From: an uncultured bacterium
Lineage (GTDB): Bacteria; Deinococcota; Deinococci; Deinococcales; Trueperaceae
Reading direction: 5' to 3'
Assembly (NCBI GenBank): GCA_964536935.1
Contig: CAZIBD010000006.1
Coordinates: forward strand, 2,076-66,075
DNA: 64,000 bases
Shown here: positions 18,783 to 27,180 of the stretch, in pieces
Position numbering within the stretch: position 1 is the stretch's first letter
Layout: each line of letters opens with the position of its first letter
Program-made: the position numbers and the translations under genes
The notes under the pieces: model-generated
Database searches by the model: none
What the model was told of the DNA's origin: nothing
Seen by the model: only the letters and a program-made list of their open reading frames with translations

Positions 18783-19063
18783 GGAGCCGATGCGCCGCGG
18801 CCGCGCATCGCGCCCGGCCGGTCCGCGTCCGCTTGACGCCGACATCGGCCGCCACCGCCCGGCCGCCCAAACCGAACGCAAACACGATCCAGGCGGCGAC
18901 CAAACAGCCGCTCCCGATACTCGGCTCGGTGGCATTGCCAGAGCTGTTGCGTCCCAGCGACCGACCCACGAATGGCCGCCCGTCTGCGTTCCGGCCAGGT
19001 CGCCGCTGACGAAGCCGGCGCCGATGGGCGTGTACGCCCCTTTCCCACCAGGTCGGAGCTGCC

Positions 19064-19828
19064 ATGGATCAGCACGAGCCCTCCCCAGACCGTGACCGGG
19101 CGCTATCGTTGGAAGAGATGCCAGCGCCGACGGAGATCCCTGCGGGCCTTCGGGTCCTGGTCGTCGAGGACGAGTTGACGCTCGCCGAGACGATCGAGAT
19201 GTACTTGCGCCAGGCGGGCTTCCAGACGGAACGCGTACGGGACGGCGCACGTGCCCTCGAGCTCTTCCGGGCCGCGAAACCGGATCTCGTCCTGCTCGAT
19301 CTCGGCTTGCCCGTTCTCGACGGCAGCGAGGTCCTCCACGCCATCCGCAAGGAGTCGGACGTGCCCGTGGTGATCCTCACCGCCCGGTCCGAGGAGGTGG
19401 ATGAGCTGCTGGGCCTCGGGCAGGGGGCGGACGACTACCTCGTCAAGCCGGTCAGCGCCAGGATGCTCATGGCCCATGTCAAAGCCGTTCTCCGACGCGC
19501 GCTGGTCGTGGACGAGCGTCAGGAGCAGGAGGTGTTGCACGTCGGGCGCCTCAGCGTGGACGGCTACCGGCGGCAAGTGCACGTGGGTTCCACCTAGGTA
19601 GAGCTCACCCCCACCGAGTTCCGCGTGCTCCAGCACCTGGCGCGCGCGCCCGGCCGGGCGACGTCACGCACCGAGTTGTACGAGGCGGCGCTCCCCGAAG
19701 GGGACGCCCTGGAGCGTGCGGTCGACATCCACGTCACGAACTTGCGCCGCAAGCTCCGCGAGGCCGGCGCGGACCGCGTGATCGAGACCGTGCGCGGCGT
19801 TGGCTACGCGCTGGTCGAGGCGAAATGA
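19064..19828 (+). pseudogene. OmpR/PhoB-family response regulator interrupted by a single in-frame TAG (19595-19597)
   Basis: Receiver domain: LRVLVVEDE...DLVLLDLGLPVLDG...ADDYLVKP. The sequence reads ...VHVGST, then TAG, and the same frame continues VELTPTEFRVLQHLA...VRGVGYALVEAK (a complete winged-helix domain). The stop TGA overlaps the ATG of the kinase (ATGA at 19825-19828). Confidence 0.6.
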
Positions 19829-21054
19829 ACCGCCTCAGCCTCCAGTTGACCGTGGCCATGCTGCTGGTTGCGGCGGTGTCCTTCGTGGCCATTCCCGTGG
19901 CCGAGACCATCGCTTCGCACACGACTTTCGCCAGCCTCCCGGCTGCCTTCAGGCAGCAGGTCATCGAGCGGACCACGCCCCACCTGTTCTTCCGCCCGCC
20001 CCCCGCCCCGCCGCACGAGGGCGCCCGTCCGCCCCGCCCGCCGGCAACCGGCACCACCACCGGCACCGGTTCGAGCACGAACCAGTCGCTCGCTACGCAG
20101 AACGAGCGCCTCTTCGAGCTGCTCGGGTCTTTCAGGGCCGCACAGCAACGCGCGGTGGCCATCGGTATCGCGGCCGCCCTGTTGCTCGGGGTCGGCCTGG
20201 CGCTCGCACTGGCGCGCAACATCGCGGTTCCCTTCGAAGCCCTCACCCGGGCCGCGAGTCGCATCGGTCAGGGCGAGTTCGGCACGCGCATGGGCCTCCG
20301 GACCGGGCGCCTGCAGACGCGCGAGGCGCGCCAGCTCACCGCGACCTTCAACGCAATGGCCACCTCCCTCGAGAACTACGAGCGGGAACGCAAGGCCATG
20401 GTGGCCGACGTCGCCCACGAGCTGCGCACGCCGCTCGCCACCATGCAGATGCGTCTGGATGCCATCCAAGACGGCCTGGTGCCCTGGAGCACGAGCGAGG
20501 CCCAGCTCATGCAGCAACACCTGCGTCAGCTCGCCCGCCTCGTCGACGACCTGCGAGTCCTCTCCCTCGCCGACACCGGCCAGCTGTCCCTGCGCCTCGC
20601 GGACACCGCGCTGCGCGTGGGGGGGGCGGGTGTCGGCGACGCCCTGCGGGACGTCGCCCATCGCGGCGGCTGCACCCTGGTCGTGGATGCGTCCACGGCC
20701 GACCTGCACGTTCGCGCCGACGCCGATCGGCTCTACCAGGTACTGCGCAACCTCGTGGACAATGCGGCCGAGGCGATGCAGGCCGGGGGCGCGGTGACCA
20801 TTGTCCTGCGCCGCGAGGGAGACGCGGCCGTGTGGCGTGTCCGGGACGAGGGCCCCGGCATCGACCCTGCGCAGCAGAGCGCTCTGTTCGAACGGTTCTC
20901 GCACGGGCGTCGACGCGAAACCCAGGCGGGCGGACGCGGCCTCGGCCTCGCCATCGTCCGAACGCTGGTGACCCTGCATGGCGGCAGCGTATCGGCGGCG
21001 AATCTCGAACGCGGAGCCGAGTTCACCATCCGTCTCCCGGCACTGCGGGCCTAG
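19825..21054 (+). CDS. Sensor histidine kinase (two TM segments, HAMP, HisKA, HATPase_c)
   Basis: N-terminal TM LTVAMLLVAAVSFVAI and a Pro/Thr-rich extracytoplasmic loop. H-box MVADVAHELRTPL. N/G boxes VLRNLVDNAAEA, RDEGPGI and GGRGLGLAIV. Confidence 0.85.
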   Translation: MNRLSLQLTVAMLLVAAVSFVAIPVAETIASHTTFASLPAAFRQQVIERTTPHLFFRPPPAPPHEGARPPRPPATGTTTGTGSSTNQSLATQNERLFELLGSFRAAQQRAVAIGIAAALLLGVGLALALARNIAVPFEALTRAASRIGQGEFGTRMGLRTGRLQTREARQLTATFNAMATSLENYERERKAMVADVAHELRTPLATMQMRLDAIQDGLVPWSTSEAQLMQQHLRQLARLVDDLRVLSLADTGQLSLRLADTALRVGGAGVGDALRDVAHRGGCTLVVDASTADLHVRADADRLYQVLRNLVDNAAEAMQAGGAVTIVLRREGDAAVWRVRDEGPGIDPAQQSALFERFSHGRRRETQAGGRGLGLAIVRTLVTLHGGSVSAANLERGAEFTIRLPALRA

Positions 21055-21262
21055 CCCGCAAGCGGCACCACCGACCGCCACGCGGTAGCCCCGTCCAGGC
21101 TGGAAGAACGAGCGCCCAAACGAAGCGCAAACAATCCATCAGCGAGGCCCAAACGGCGACCGCGCACCATGGCCCCGATGGACGCGGGCCTCCCGCGCCG
21201 GAACGGAGTATCGCCATGACCCTTCCACGCCGAGAGCGCTGGGCCTTTGAGGGAGCGCAAGC

Positions 21263-22822
21263 ATGAGCGCGCCATCGACGGCCTCCACGAGGTCCGGTCG
21301 ACCCCGCCGAATCTGTTGGGGCGTTGGCGCCGCCGTTGTGGCCATCACGGTCCTCGCAGTTCTGCTCGCGTCGGGGGCGCTGCGCTGGCCGTTCGGGCAC
21401 CATTCCGCCACTCCGGCGGCGCCCGCGACCGTGACGGTGACGACCAACGTCTACCGGGTCACGGTCGTCGGCCCCGGCACGCTCGAAGCGGCCCGCACGT
21501 TGGGCGTCACCAACGCCACCGCGGGCACGATCGCGAAGCTCGCGAGCGTGGGCGAGCGCGTGAGCAAGGGCGCCATCCTCGCCCAGCTCGACCCCACTCC
21601 CTTCCAGCGCGCCCTCCAGGACGCCGATCTGGCCCTCCAGAAGGCGCAGGCCCAGCTGGCGTCGCTGAAGGCGACGCAGAGCGTCAACGCCGCCTCGGTC
21701 GCCAAGCAGATCGCCGACGCACAGGCGCAGATCGTCGCGCAGGAACGGTCCGCCGAGCAGGCCGGCAGCACGTTGAGCAGCCAGAAGCATCTGCTGGCGC
21801 TCGGCGCGGTCAGCGCCTCCGAGGTTCAGACAGCCCAGAACAACCTCGACGATGCCAACAGCGCGCTCGTGAGCGCCCGCCGCGCGTTGAGCACCTTGCA
21901 GACCTCGGAGCAGTTGCAGGCGGCCTCCGCCACGCAGGATCTCAAGAACGCGCAGCTCGCGGTGCAGCAGCAACAGATCGCCGTCGAGCAGGCTCAAGAG
22001 GATCTGGCCTCCATCACCACTGTCGCGCCGTTCGACGGAGTGGTGTCGAGCGTCGCCACCGAAGTCGGCGCCTACGTGCCCGAGGACGGCACCGTTCTCA
22101 CGCTGATCGACGACCACACGCTCGACCTTCCCGCCCAGATCGACGAGACCGAGATCTCCAAGGTGAAGGTCGGCCAGAGCGCATCGGTCACACTCGACGC
22201 CATGCCCAACCAGGTCTTCAGCGGAACCGTGACGGCCATCGCGCCGACCGGGCAGGCGGTGTCGAACATCCCGATCTTCGACGTGACCGTCACGCTCGAC
22301 AACCAGGCCCTCACGTTGCGGCCGGGCATGACGGCGCAGGCCGACATCGCGGTCCGAACGGTGCCTGACGCGGTGACGCTTCCCCTGACGGCCCTCCAGG
22401 ACGTTTCGGCCGGCACGTCGACCACCGCGGCACAGTCCGGCGCCCAGCGAACCGCCACTACGAGCACGACCCCGAGCACGCAACGCGCTCGGCCCAGCGG
22501 TACGCCGTCGACCGGAGCCCGATCGAGCACCGCCGAGCAGCCTGCCACACAGCAAAGCGCCGCCACGGCCACGGCCACCGCGAACCGCCGCGTGGTGATG
22601 GTGCAGCAGCCGGATGGAACGTTCGCGCCTCACGTCGTCGAGCTGGTCGACTCCGTCGGCTACAACGCCGTGGTCACCGGCGACCTCAAGAGCGGCGACA
22701 TCGTGCTGATCTCATCGACCGGCACCGCGACGAGATCGACCACCGGCACCGCCAGGTCGACACGGACCACCGGACGATCCGGCATCCCGGTTCTGGGCGG
22801 TGGCCCGGGAGGCATTCCGTGA
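21263..22822 (+). CDS. Efflux periplasmic adaptor (HlyD/MacA-like) with a Thr/Ser-rich C-terminal insertion
   Basis: N-terminal anchor GAAVVAITVLAVLLA. A long coiled-coil region (LQKAQAQLASLKA...), then a beta-barrel segment (VTLDAMPNQVFSGTVTAIAP, LRPGMTAQADI). Low-complexity T/S/A stretches lie near the C-terminus. Confidence 0.75.
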   Translation: MSAPSTASTRSGRPRRICWGVGAAVVAITVLAVLLASGALRWPFGHHSATPAAPATVTVTTNVYRVTVVGPGTLEAARTLGVTNATAGTIAKLASVGERVSKGAILAQLDPTPFQRALQDADLALQKAQAQLASLKATQSVNAASVAKQIADAQAQIVAQERSAEQAGSTLSSQKHLLALGAVSASEVQTAQNNLDDANSALVSARRALSTLQTSEQLQAASATQDLKNAQLAVQQQQIAVEQAQEDLASITTVAPFDGVVSSVATEVGAYVPEDGTVLTLIDDHTLDLPAQIDETEISKVKVGQSASVTLDAMPNQVFSGTVTAIAPTGQAVSNIPIFDVTVTLDNQALTLRPGMTAQADIAVRTVPDAVTLPLTALQDVSAGTSTTAAQSGAQRTATTSTTPSTQRARPSGTPSTGARSSTAEQPATQQSAATATATANRRVVMVQQPDGTFAPHVVELVDSVGYNAVVTGDLKSGDIVLISSTGTATRSTTGTARSTRTTGRSGIPVLGGGPGGIP

Positions 22823-23556
22823 ACGAGCCCGTCCTTTCGCTCCGCGACGTGACCAAGGCCTACCCCTCCGCCGGCGAGATGTTCTGGGCCCTGAAGGGCG
22901 TGTCCTTCGAGGTCGACGCCGGCGAGATGCTCGCCCTCATGGGGCCGTCCGGCTCGGGCAAGTCGACGTTGATGAACATCCTCGGGCTTCTCGACCGGCA
23001 GACCGGCGGGCGCTACCTGCTGAACGGGACCGACGTCACCGACCTCACCGAGGACGCCCGCGCCGAGGCCCGGAACCAGGCGATCGGCTTCGTCTTCCAG
23101 GCCTTCCATCTGCTGCCACGCGCCAGTCTGCTGGAGAACGTCGAGGTGCCCCTCACCTACGCAGGATGGCGCGCAAGGGAGCGCCGAGCACGCGCCCATG
23201 CCCTGCTCGAACGGGTAGGCCTGGGCGACAAGGCCGGCAGCACGCCGTCCGCCATCTCCGGTGGACAGAAGCAGCGCGTCGCCGTCGCGCGCGCGCTCGC
23301 CATGAGCCCCGCCCTCCTGCTCGCCGACGAGCCCACCGGCAACCTCGACACCGCTACCGGCAACGAGATCATGGGGCTCTTCCACGACCTCAACGCCGAA
23401 GGCGCCACCATCGTCGTCGTGACGCACGAGCCCGACATCGCCGCGCAAGCCGCCCGCACAGTCGTCCTGCGCGATGGCTTCATCGAGAGCGACGCGCGCC
23501 AGGTTCCGCACCTTCCGTTCGCGAAGGCGACGATGGCGCAGCGGAGTGCGACATGA
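22819..23556 (+). CDS. ABC transporter ATP-binding protein (MacB/LolD-type)
   Basis: Walker A GPSGSGKST, Q-loop, signature ISGGQKQRVAVARAL and Walker B LLLADEPTGNLD. The start overlaps the adaptor stop (GTGA). Confidence 0.9.
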   Translation: MNEPVLSLRDVTKAYPSAGEMFWALKGVSFEVDAGEMLALMGPSGSGKSTLMNILGLLDRQTGGRYLLNGTDVTDLTEDARAEARNQAIGFVFQAFHLLPRASLLENVEVPLTYAGWRARERRARAHALLERVGLGDKAGSTPSAISGGQKQRVAVARALAMSPALLLADEPTGNLDTATGNEIMGLFHDLNAEGATIVVVTHEPDIAAQAARTVVLRDGFIESDARQVPHLPFAKATMAQRSAT

Positions 23557-24854
23557 GCACGCTCCATCTCTCCCCTTCCGCCCGGCCGGCGCCACAACCA
23601 CCGTCCTCACGGGCGCGGGCACGCGTCCAACCACGCGAGCTGCTGGCCATAGCCTGGCGCAGCATCCGCGCCAACGTCATGCGCAGCGTCCTCACCACGA
23701 TCGGTGTGGTGATCGGCGTCGCGGCCGTAGTCGCGTTCACCTCCATCGGCGCCGGCGTCACGGCCAACATCACCCAGCGCATCGCCAGTCTCGGCACGAA
23801 CCTGCTCACGGTCCAGAGCGGCTCGAGCGGCTTCCACCCCGGCCTGGTTCGAGGTCCGCCCGTGCAAACGGTCACCACGGGCGACGCCAACGCCATCGCC
23901 GCGCTGAACGATCCGCGCATCGCCGGCATCGCACCGGTGGCGCAGACGAGCCAACAGGTCAAGGCCGGCGCCAACAACCTCAATGTGACGGTGCTCGGCA
24001 CCTGGGCCAGCTACGCAGAGGTCCGCAACAGCGAGACGCAAACCGGCACCTTCTTCAGCAATCTCGACGTCGAAAGCGCTAGTCGCGTCGCGGTCATCGG
24101 CTCCGAGGTGGCAAGCCAGCTCTTTCCCAACGGCGCCGCGGTAGGGGCTTCGCTCCAGATCCAGGGCGTCTCGTACCAGGTGGTCGGCGTCCTTCCCGAC
24201 AAGGGCAGCGGTTTCGGGAGCACCAACGACAGCGTGCTCATCCCACTCTCCACCTACCTGCAGCGCGTCCACCGCGACTCCCTGCTCGGCAGCACCACCC
24301 TGTCCGCCATCTACGTGCAGGCGAGCAGCACCGCTACGATCGACAGCCTGCAGTCCGACCTCACCCACCTCATCGCCGGGCGCCACGACACGCTCAAGGC
24401 CAGCGACTACGACTTCCGCATCGAGAATCAGGCCGACAGCCTGGAGTCCCTCAACTCGGTCACGAAGACCCTCACGCTCTTCCTCGGCGCCATCGCGGGC
24501 ATCAGCCTGCTCGTCGGCGGCATCGGCATCATGAACATCATGCTTGTGTCCGTCACCGAACGCACCCGCGAGATCGGCGTGCGGAAGGCCCTCGGGGCCA
24601 AGCCGCGTCACATCCTGGCGCAGTTCCTCGCAGAGTCGGTCGTACTCTCGGTGGGCGGCGGCCCGCTCGGGTTTGCCCTCGGGCTCAGCATCGCGATGCT
24701 CATCATCCCCCACTTCGGCATCACCGCCATTCCCTCCGTGGGCAGCTCCCTACTGGCCTTCGCCTTTGCCGTCTCCGTCGGGGTGTTCTTCGGCTACTAT
24801 CCCGCCCGTCGAGCGGCCGCCCTCGACCCGGTCGCCTCGCTTCGCTACGAGTGA
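23553..24854 (+). CDS. ABC transporter permease (FtsX/MacB-type, 4 TM with a large extracytoplasmic domain)
   Basis: ATG 23553 overlaps the ATPase stop (ATGA). LAIAWRSIRANVMRSVLTTIGVVIGVAAVV is followed by a periplasmic domain. The C-terminal FtsX region contains ERTREIGVRKALGA. Confidence 0.85.
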   Translation: MSTLHLSPSARPAPQPPSSRARARVQPRELLAIAWRSIRANVMRSVLTTIGVVIGVAAVVAFTSIGAGVTANITQRIASLGTNLLTVQSGSSGFHPGLVRGPPVQTVTTGDANAIAALNDPRIAGIAPVAQTSQQVKAGANNLNVTVLGTWASYAEVRNSETQTGTFFSNLDVESASRVAVIGSEVASQLFPNGAAVGASLQIQGVSYQVVGVLPDKGSGFGSTNDSVLIPLSTYLQRVHRDSLLGSTTLSAIYVQASSTATIDSLQSDLTHLIAGRHDTLKASDYDFRIENQADSLESLNSVTKTLTLFLGAIAGISLLVGGIGIMNIMLVSVTERTREIGVRKALGAKPRHILAQFLAESVVLSVGGGPLGFALGLSIAMLIIPHFGITAIPSVGSSLLAFAFAVSVGVFFGYYPARRAAALDPVASLRYE

Positions 24855-24949
24855 CCCCCCTCGCACGCCGGACCGGCGAGCCGCGTCAGCGCCGCCTTAC
24901 CGCTGCGGCCGCCGGAACGCCCCTTCCCGTCGCGCCACCGGTCCGTGCC

Positions 24950-25603
24950 TCAGGTCCTCTGGCCCCGCTTGGCGAGGGACCAGAAGGAGTGGATGATCTC
25001 CGCGCGGCGATGCGCGTTCATCTTGCTCAGGATGTTGCTGACGTGGTTCTTCACGGTCTTCTCCGAGATCCCCACGCGCTCGGCGATCTCCCGATTCGAC
25101 AGACCCTCGGCCACGTACGCGGCCACCTGCGACTCGCGCAGGGTGAGCCGTTCCCGCAGGACGGGAGGCTTCTGCGCGACAGGCTCCTGCAGGTAGCGGA
25201 TCAAGGCCTCGCTCACCTGCGCACCCAGCACCTCCCGCCCCTGCGCGAGGTCGTGGATGGTGCTCACCAGCGACTCCGCATCCGTGGTCTTCGACGCGAA
25301 GCCGTCGACCCCCGCCGCCACTGCCTCCGCGATGGTGTTGTCGGCCCCATAGGAGGTCAGCACCAGGATCCTGGTATTGGGCGAAGCAGCCTTCACGTCG
25401 GCAACGGCCTCGATCCCGTTCCCGTCCGGCAGCCGGACATCCAGGACCAGCACGTCCGGCCGAACGCTGCGCACGGTTGCAACGGCCTCCCTCGCACTGC
25501 CCGCCAGCCCGACGACCTGGATGTCGGGGTCGTCTTCGAGAAGCGAGGCCAGACCCACCCGGACGACCTCGTGATCATCGACGATCGCAACCGTGATCGG
25601 CAT
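24950..25603 (-). CDS. NarL/LuxR-family response regulator
   Basis: From ATG 25603: MPITVAIVDDHEVVRVGL...DVLVLDVRLPDGNG...ILVLTS. LuxR HTH: LTLRESQVAAYVAEGLSNREIAERVGISEKTVKNHVSNILSKM. The upstream 153 aa of ORF 24950..26062 are out-of-context Arg/Gly sequence overlapping the kinase gene. Confidence 0.9.
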   Translation of the reverse strand: MPITVAIVDDHEVVRVGLASLLEDDPDIQVVGLAGSAREAVATVRSVRPDVLVLDVRLPDGNGIEAVADVKAASPNTRILVLTSYGADNTIAEAVAAGVDGFASKTTDAESLVSTIHDLAQGREVLGAQVSEALIRYLQEPVAQKPPVLRERLTLRESQVAAYVAEGLSNREIAERVGISEKTVKNHVSNILSKMNAHRRAEIIHSFWSLAKRGQRT

Positions 25604-25653
25604 GCCACCAGCCTTCCCCGTGCACGCTCGCGTGCACGCTCTCTCGCTCGACG

Positions 25654-27099
25654 CTACCCACCGGACGGCGCGGCGTTCAGGGCGGCGACGTGTCCGCTCG
25701 GCACCACGATCGTTGCCTCGAACCCGGGACCAGCCGGGGCCAGGGCCAGCTCGCCGTCCACGCGTGCCAGCCGTCGCCGGGCTTCCCGGAGTCCGGTCCC
25801 CTCCTCCATCACCGCGTCGCCGTCCAGCCCGGTACCGTCGTCTCCGACCCGGACCGCGAGCTGCTCGAGCGTGCCGTGAACCTCGATGGTCACCGTCGTT
25901 GCGCGACCGTGGCGCGCGGCATTCGCCACCAGCTCCGCCAGCACGGGGGCCAGGGCCGAGGCGACGTCCCGGGACAGGACCGGGGTCGTTGGGCCCGTCC
26001 ACGACAGGGTCACGCCGTACAGCGCCGCCACGTCCGCCACGTGCTTGTGTAGCTGGGCCCACTCCGAAACGCCGTGCGACCGGCGCGTGAGCAGGCTCAA
26101 CTCGCCCCGGATGGCCGCCATGGCCCGTTCGACGGCTTCGATGGCGTTCGCGGTGGTCATGGTCTCGGTCAGCGAGGTCACGCCCTGGCGCTTCGCGCGG
26201 TTGAGTTGGATGCCCACCGCGTAGAGCGCCTGGAGAGCGCCGTCGTGGAGCTCCACCGCCACCCGCCGGTGCTCCTCGGCCCGCAGGAGCTCCCGCCGTT
26301 GCCGGTCCACGCGGCTGCGTCCGATCGCCACGGCCGCCTGATGCGCGAACATCTCCAGCATCCGAGCGTCGCGTTCGGAGAAGGTCCGGTGCTCGGGGTT
26401 CGCCAGGTACAGGTGACCGAACAGCTCCCCCTCGTAGCGGATCGGCACCCCCAGGAAGCCCCTGATCTGCGGGTGCCCCGGCGGGAAGCCGCCCATGTCG
26501 GGCTCGGATGCGACGTCGTCGACCCGAACGGCAGAGCGCTCCGAGAGCCGAGCCAGCAGGCCACGGTGGGTCGGCGGCAGTCCGATGATCGCGGCCGTCC
26601 TCGGGTCGACCCCCACCGTGACGAACTCGACCACCCGCTCGCTCTCATCGAACTCCGCGAGCGCGCCGTAGTCGGCGTGTGCCAGGCGCGCAGCCACCTC
26701 CACGATGGTACGGAGGATGTCGCGATCATCGCCCCCCCTGCTCATCTCGAGCGACGCCTGGTACAGGGTCTGGAGCTCATCCCGTTGCTGGCGAGTCTCG
26801 TGGTAGAGGTCCCGAATCCGGTCGCGCTGCCGGACGAGCACGGCTTCGATGCGCTCGAGCTGCGCGAACGTCAGCCACACCACCGCGCCGAGCACGCCAA
26901 ATCGCAGGATCCACGAGTAGTGCTCGAAGAAGCTCTCCCACCGCCCGCCCGCTGCGTCGGCCCAGGGCTCGAGCACCAGCCCTGACACCAGCTCGAGGAG
27001 CACCAGGAAGCCGATGATCACCCACCGGAGCGATTGGAAGAATCGCGGCCGCGGCTTCCCGGTAACCACCTCGGATGGTTCGCTTGTCTCGGCGCTCAA
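25654..27099 (-). CDS. Membrane-anchored GAF-domain sensor histidine kinase (HisKA_3 / NarX-DevS class)
   Basis: Two N-terminal TM segments and a GAF-like region (ILRTIVEVAARLAHADYGALAEF...GFLGVPIRYEGELFGHLYLAN). HisKA_3 H-box RVAVELHDGALQALYAVGIQL. HATPase LVANAARHG...VGDDGTGL. TTG start. Confidence 0.85.
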   Translation of the reverse strand: MSAETSEPSEVVTGKPRPRFFQSLRWVIIGFLVLLELVSGLVLEPWADAAGGRWESFFEHYSWILRFGVLGAVVWLTFAQLERIEAVLVRQRDRIRDLYHETRQQRDELQTLYQASLEMSRGGDDRDILRTIVEVAARLAHADYGALAEFDESERVVEFVTVGVDPRTAAIIGLPPTHRGLLARLSERSAVRVDDVASEPDMGGFPPGHPQIRGFLGVPIRYEGELFGHLYLANPEHRTFSERDARMLEMFAHQAAVAIGRSRVDRQRRELLRAEEHRRVAVELHDGALQALYAVGIQLNRAKRQGVTSLTETMTTANAIEAVERAMAAIRGELSLLTRRSHGVSEWAQLHKHVADVAALYGVTLSWTGPTTPVLSRDVASALAPVLAELVANAARHGRATTVTIEVHGTLEQLAVRVGDDGTGLDGDAVMEEGTGLREARRRLARVDGELALAPAGPGFEATIVVPSGHVAALNAAPSGG

Positions 27100-27180
27100 C
27101 TCCGGTCTCCCGGTGTCCGACCCGTGTCCTCCGGTCTCAGAATAGTCCAGCGAGCCATCGAGCGCCGTCGCCGCCCGGCA

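Noticed and set aside
19595-19597. The TAG in the response regulator read as a pyrrolysine codon or as programmed recoding.
   Set aside because: There are no pylTSBCD-like genes and no CUA-anticodon tRNA in the window, and no recognisable downstream recoding structure. A nonsense mutation or a sequence error is more parsimonious. The idea is kept only as something to exclude.
27100-27138. The 10-mer CTCCGGTCTC occurring twice 29 nt apart, with an internal GTGTCC x2, in the AegA-like/kinase spacer.
   Set aside because: The repeats are short, GC-rich and non-palindromic, and overlap the kinase RBS region. Repeats of this kind are expected fairly often by chance in this composition, and no structure or motif emerges.
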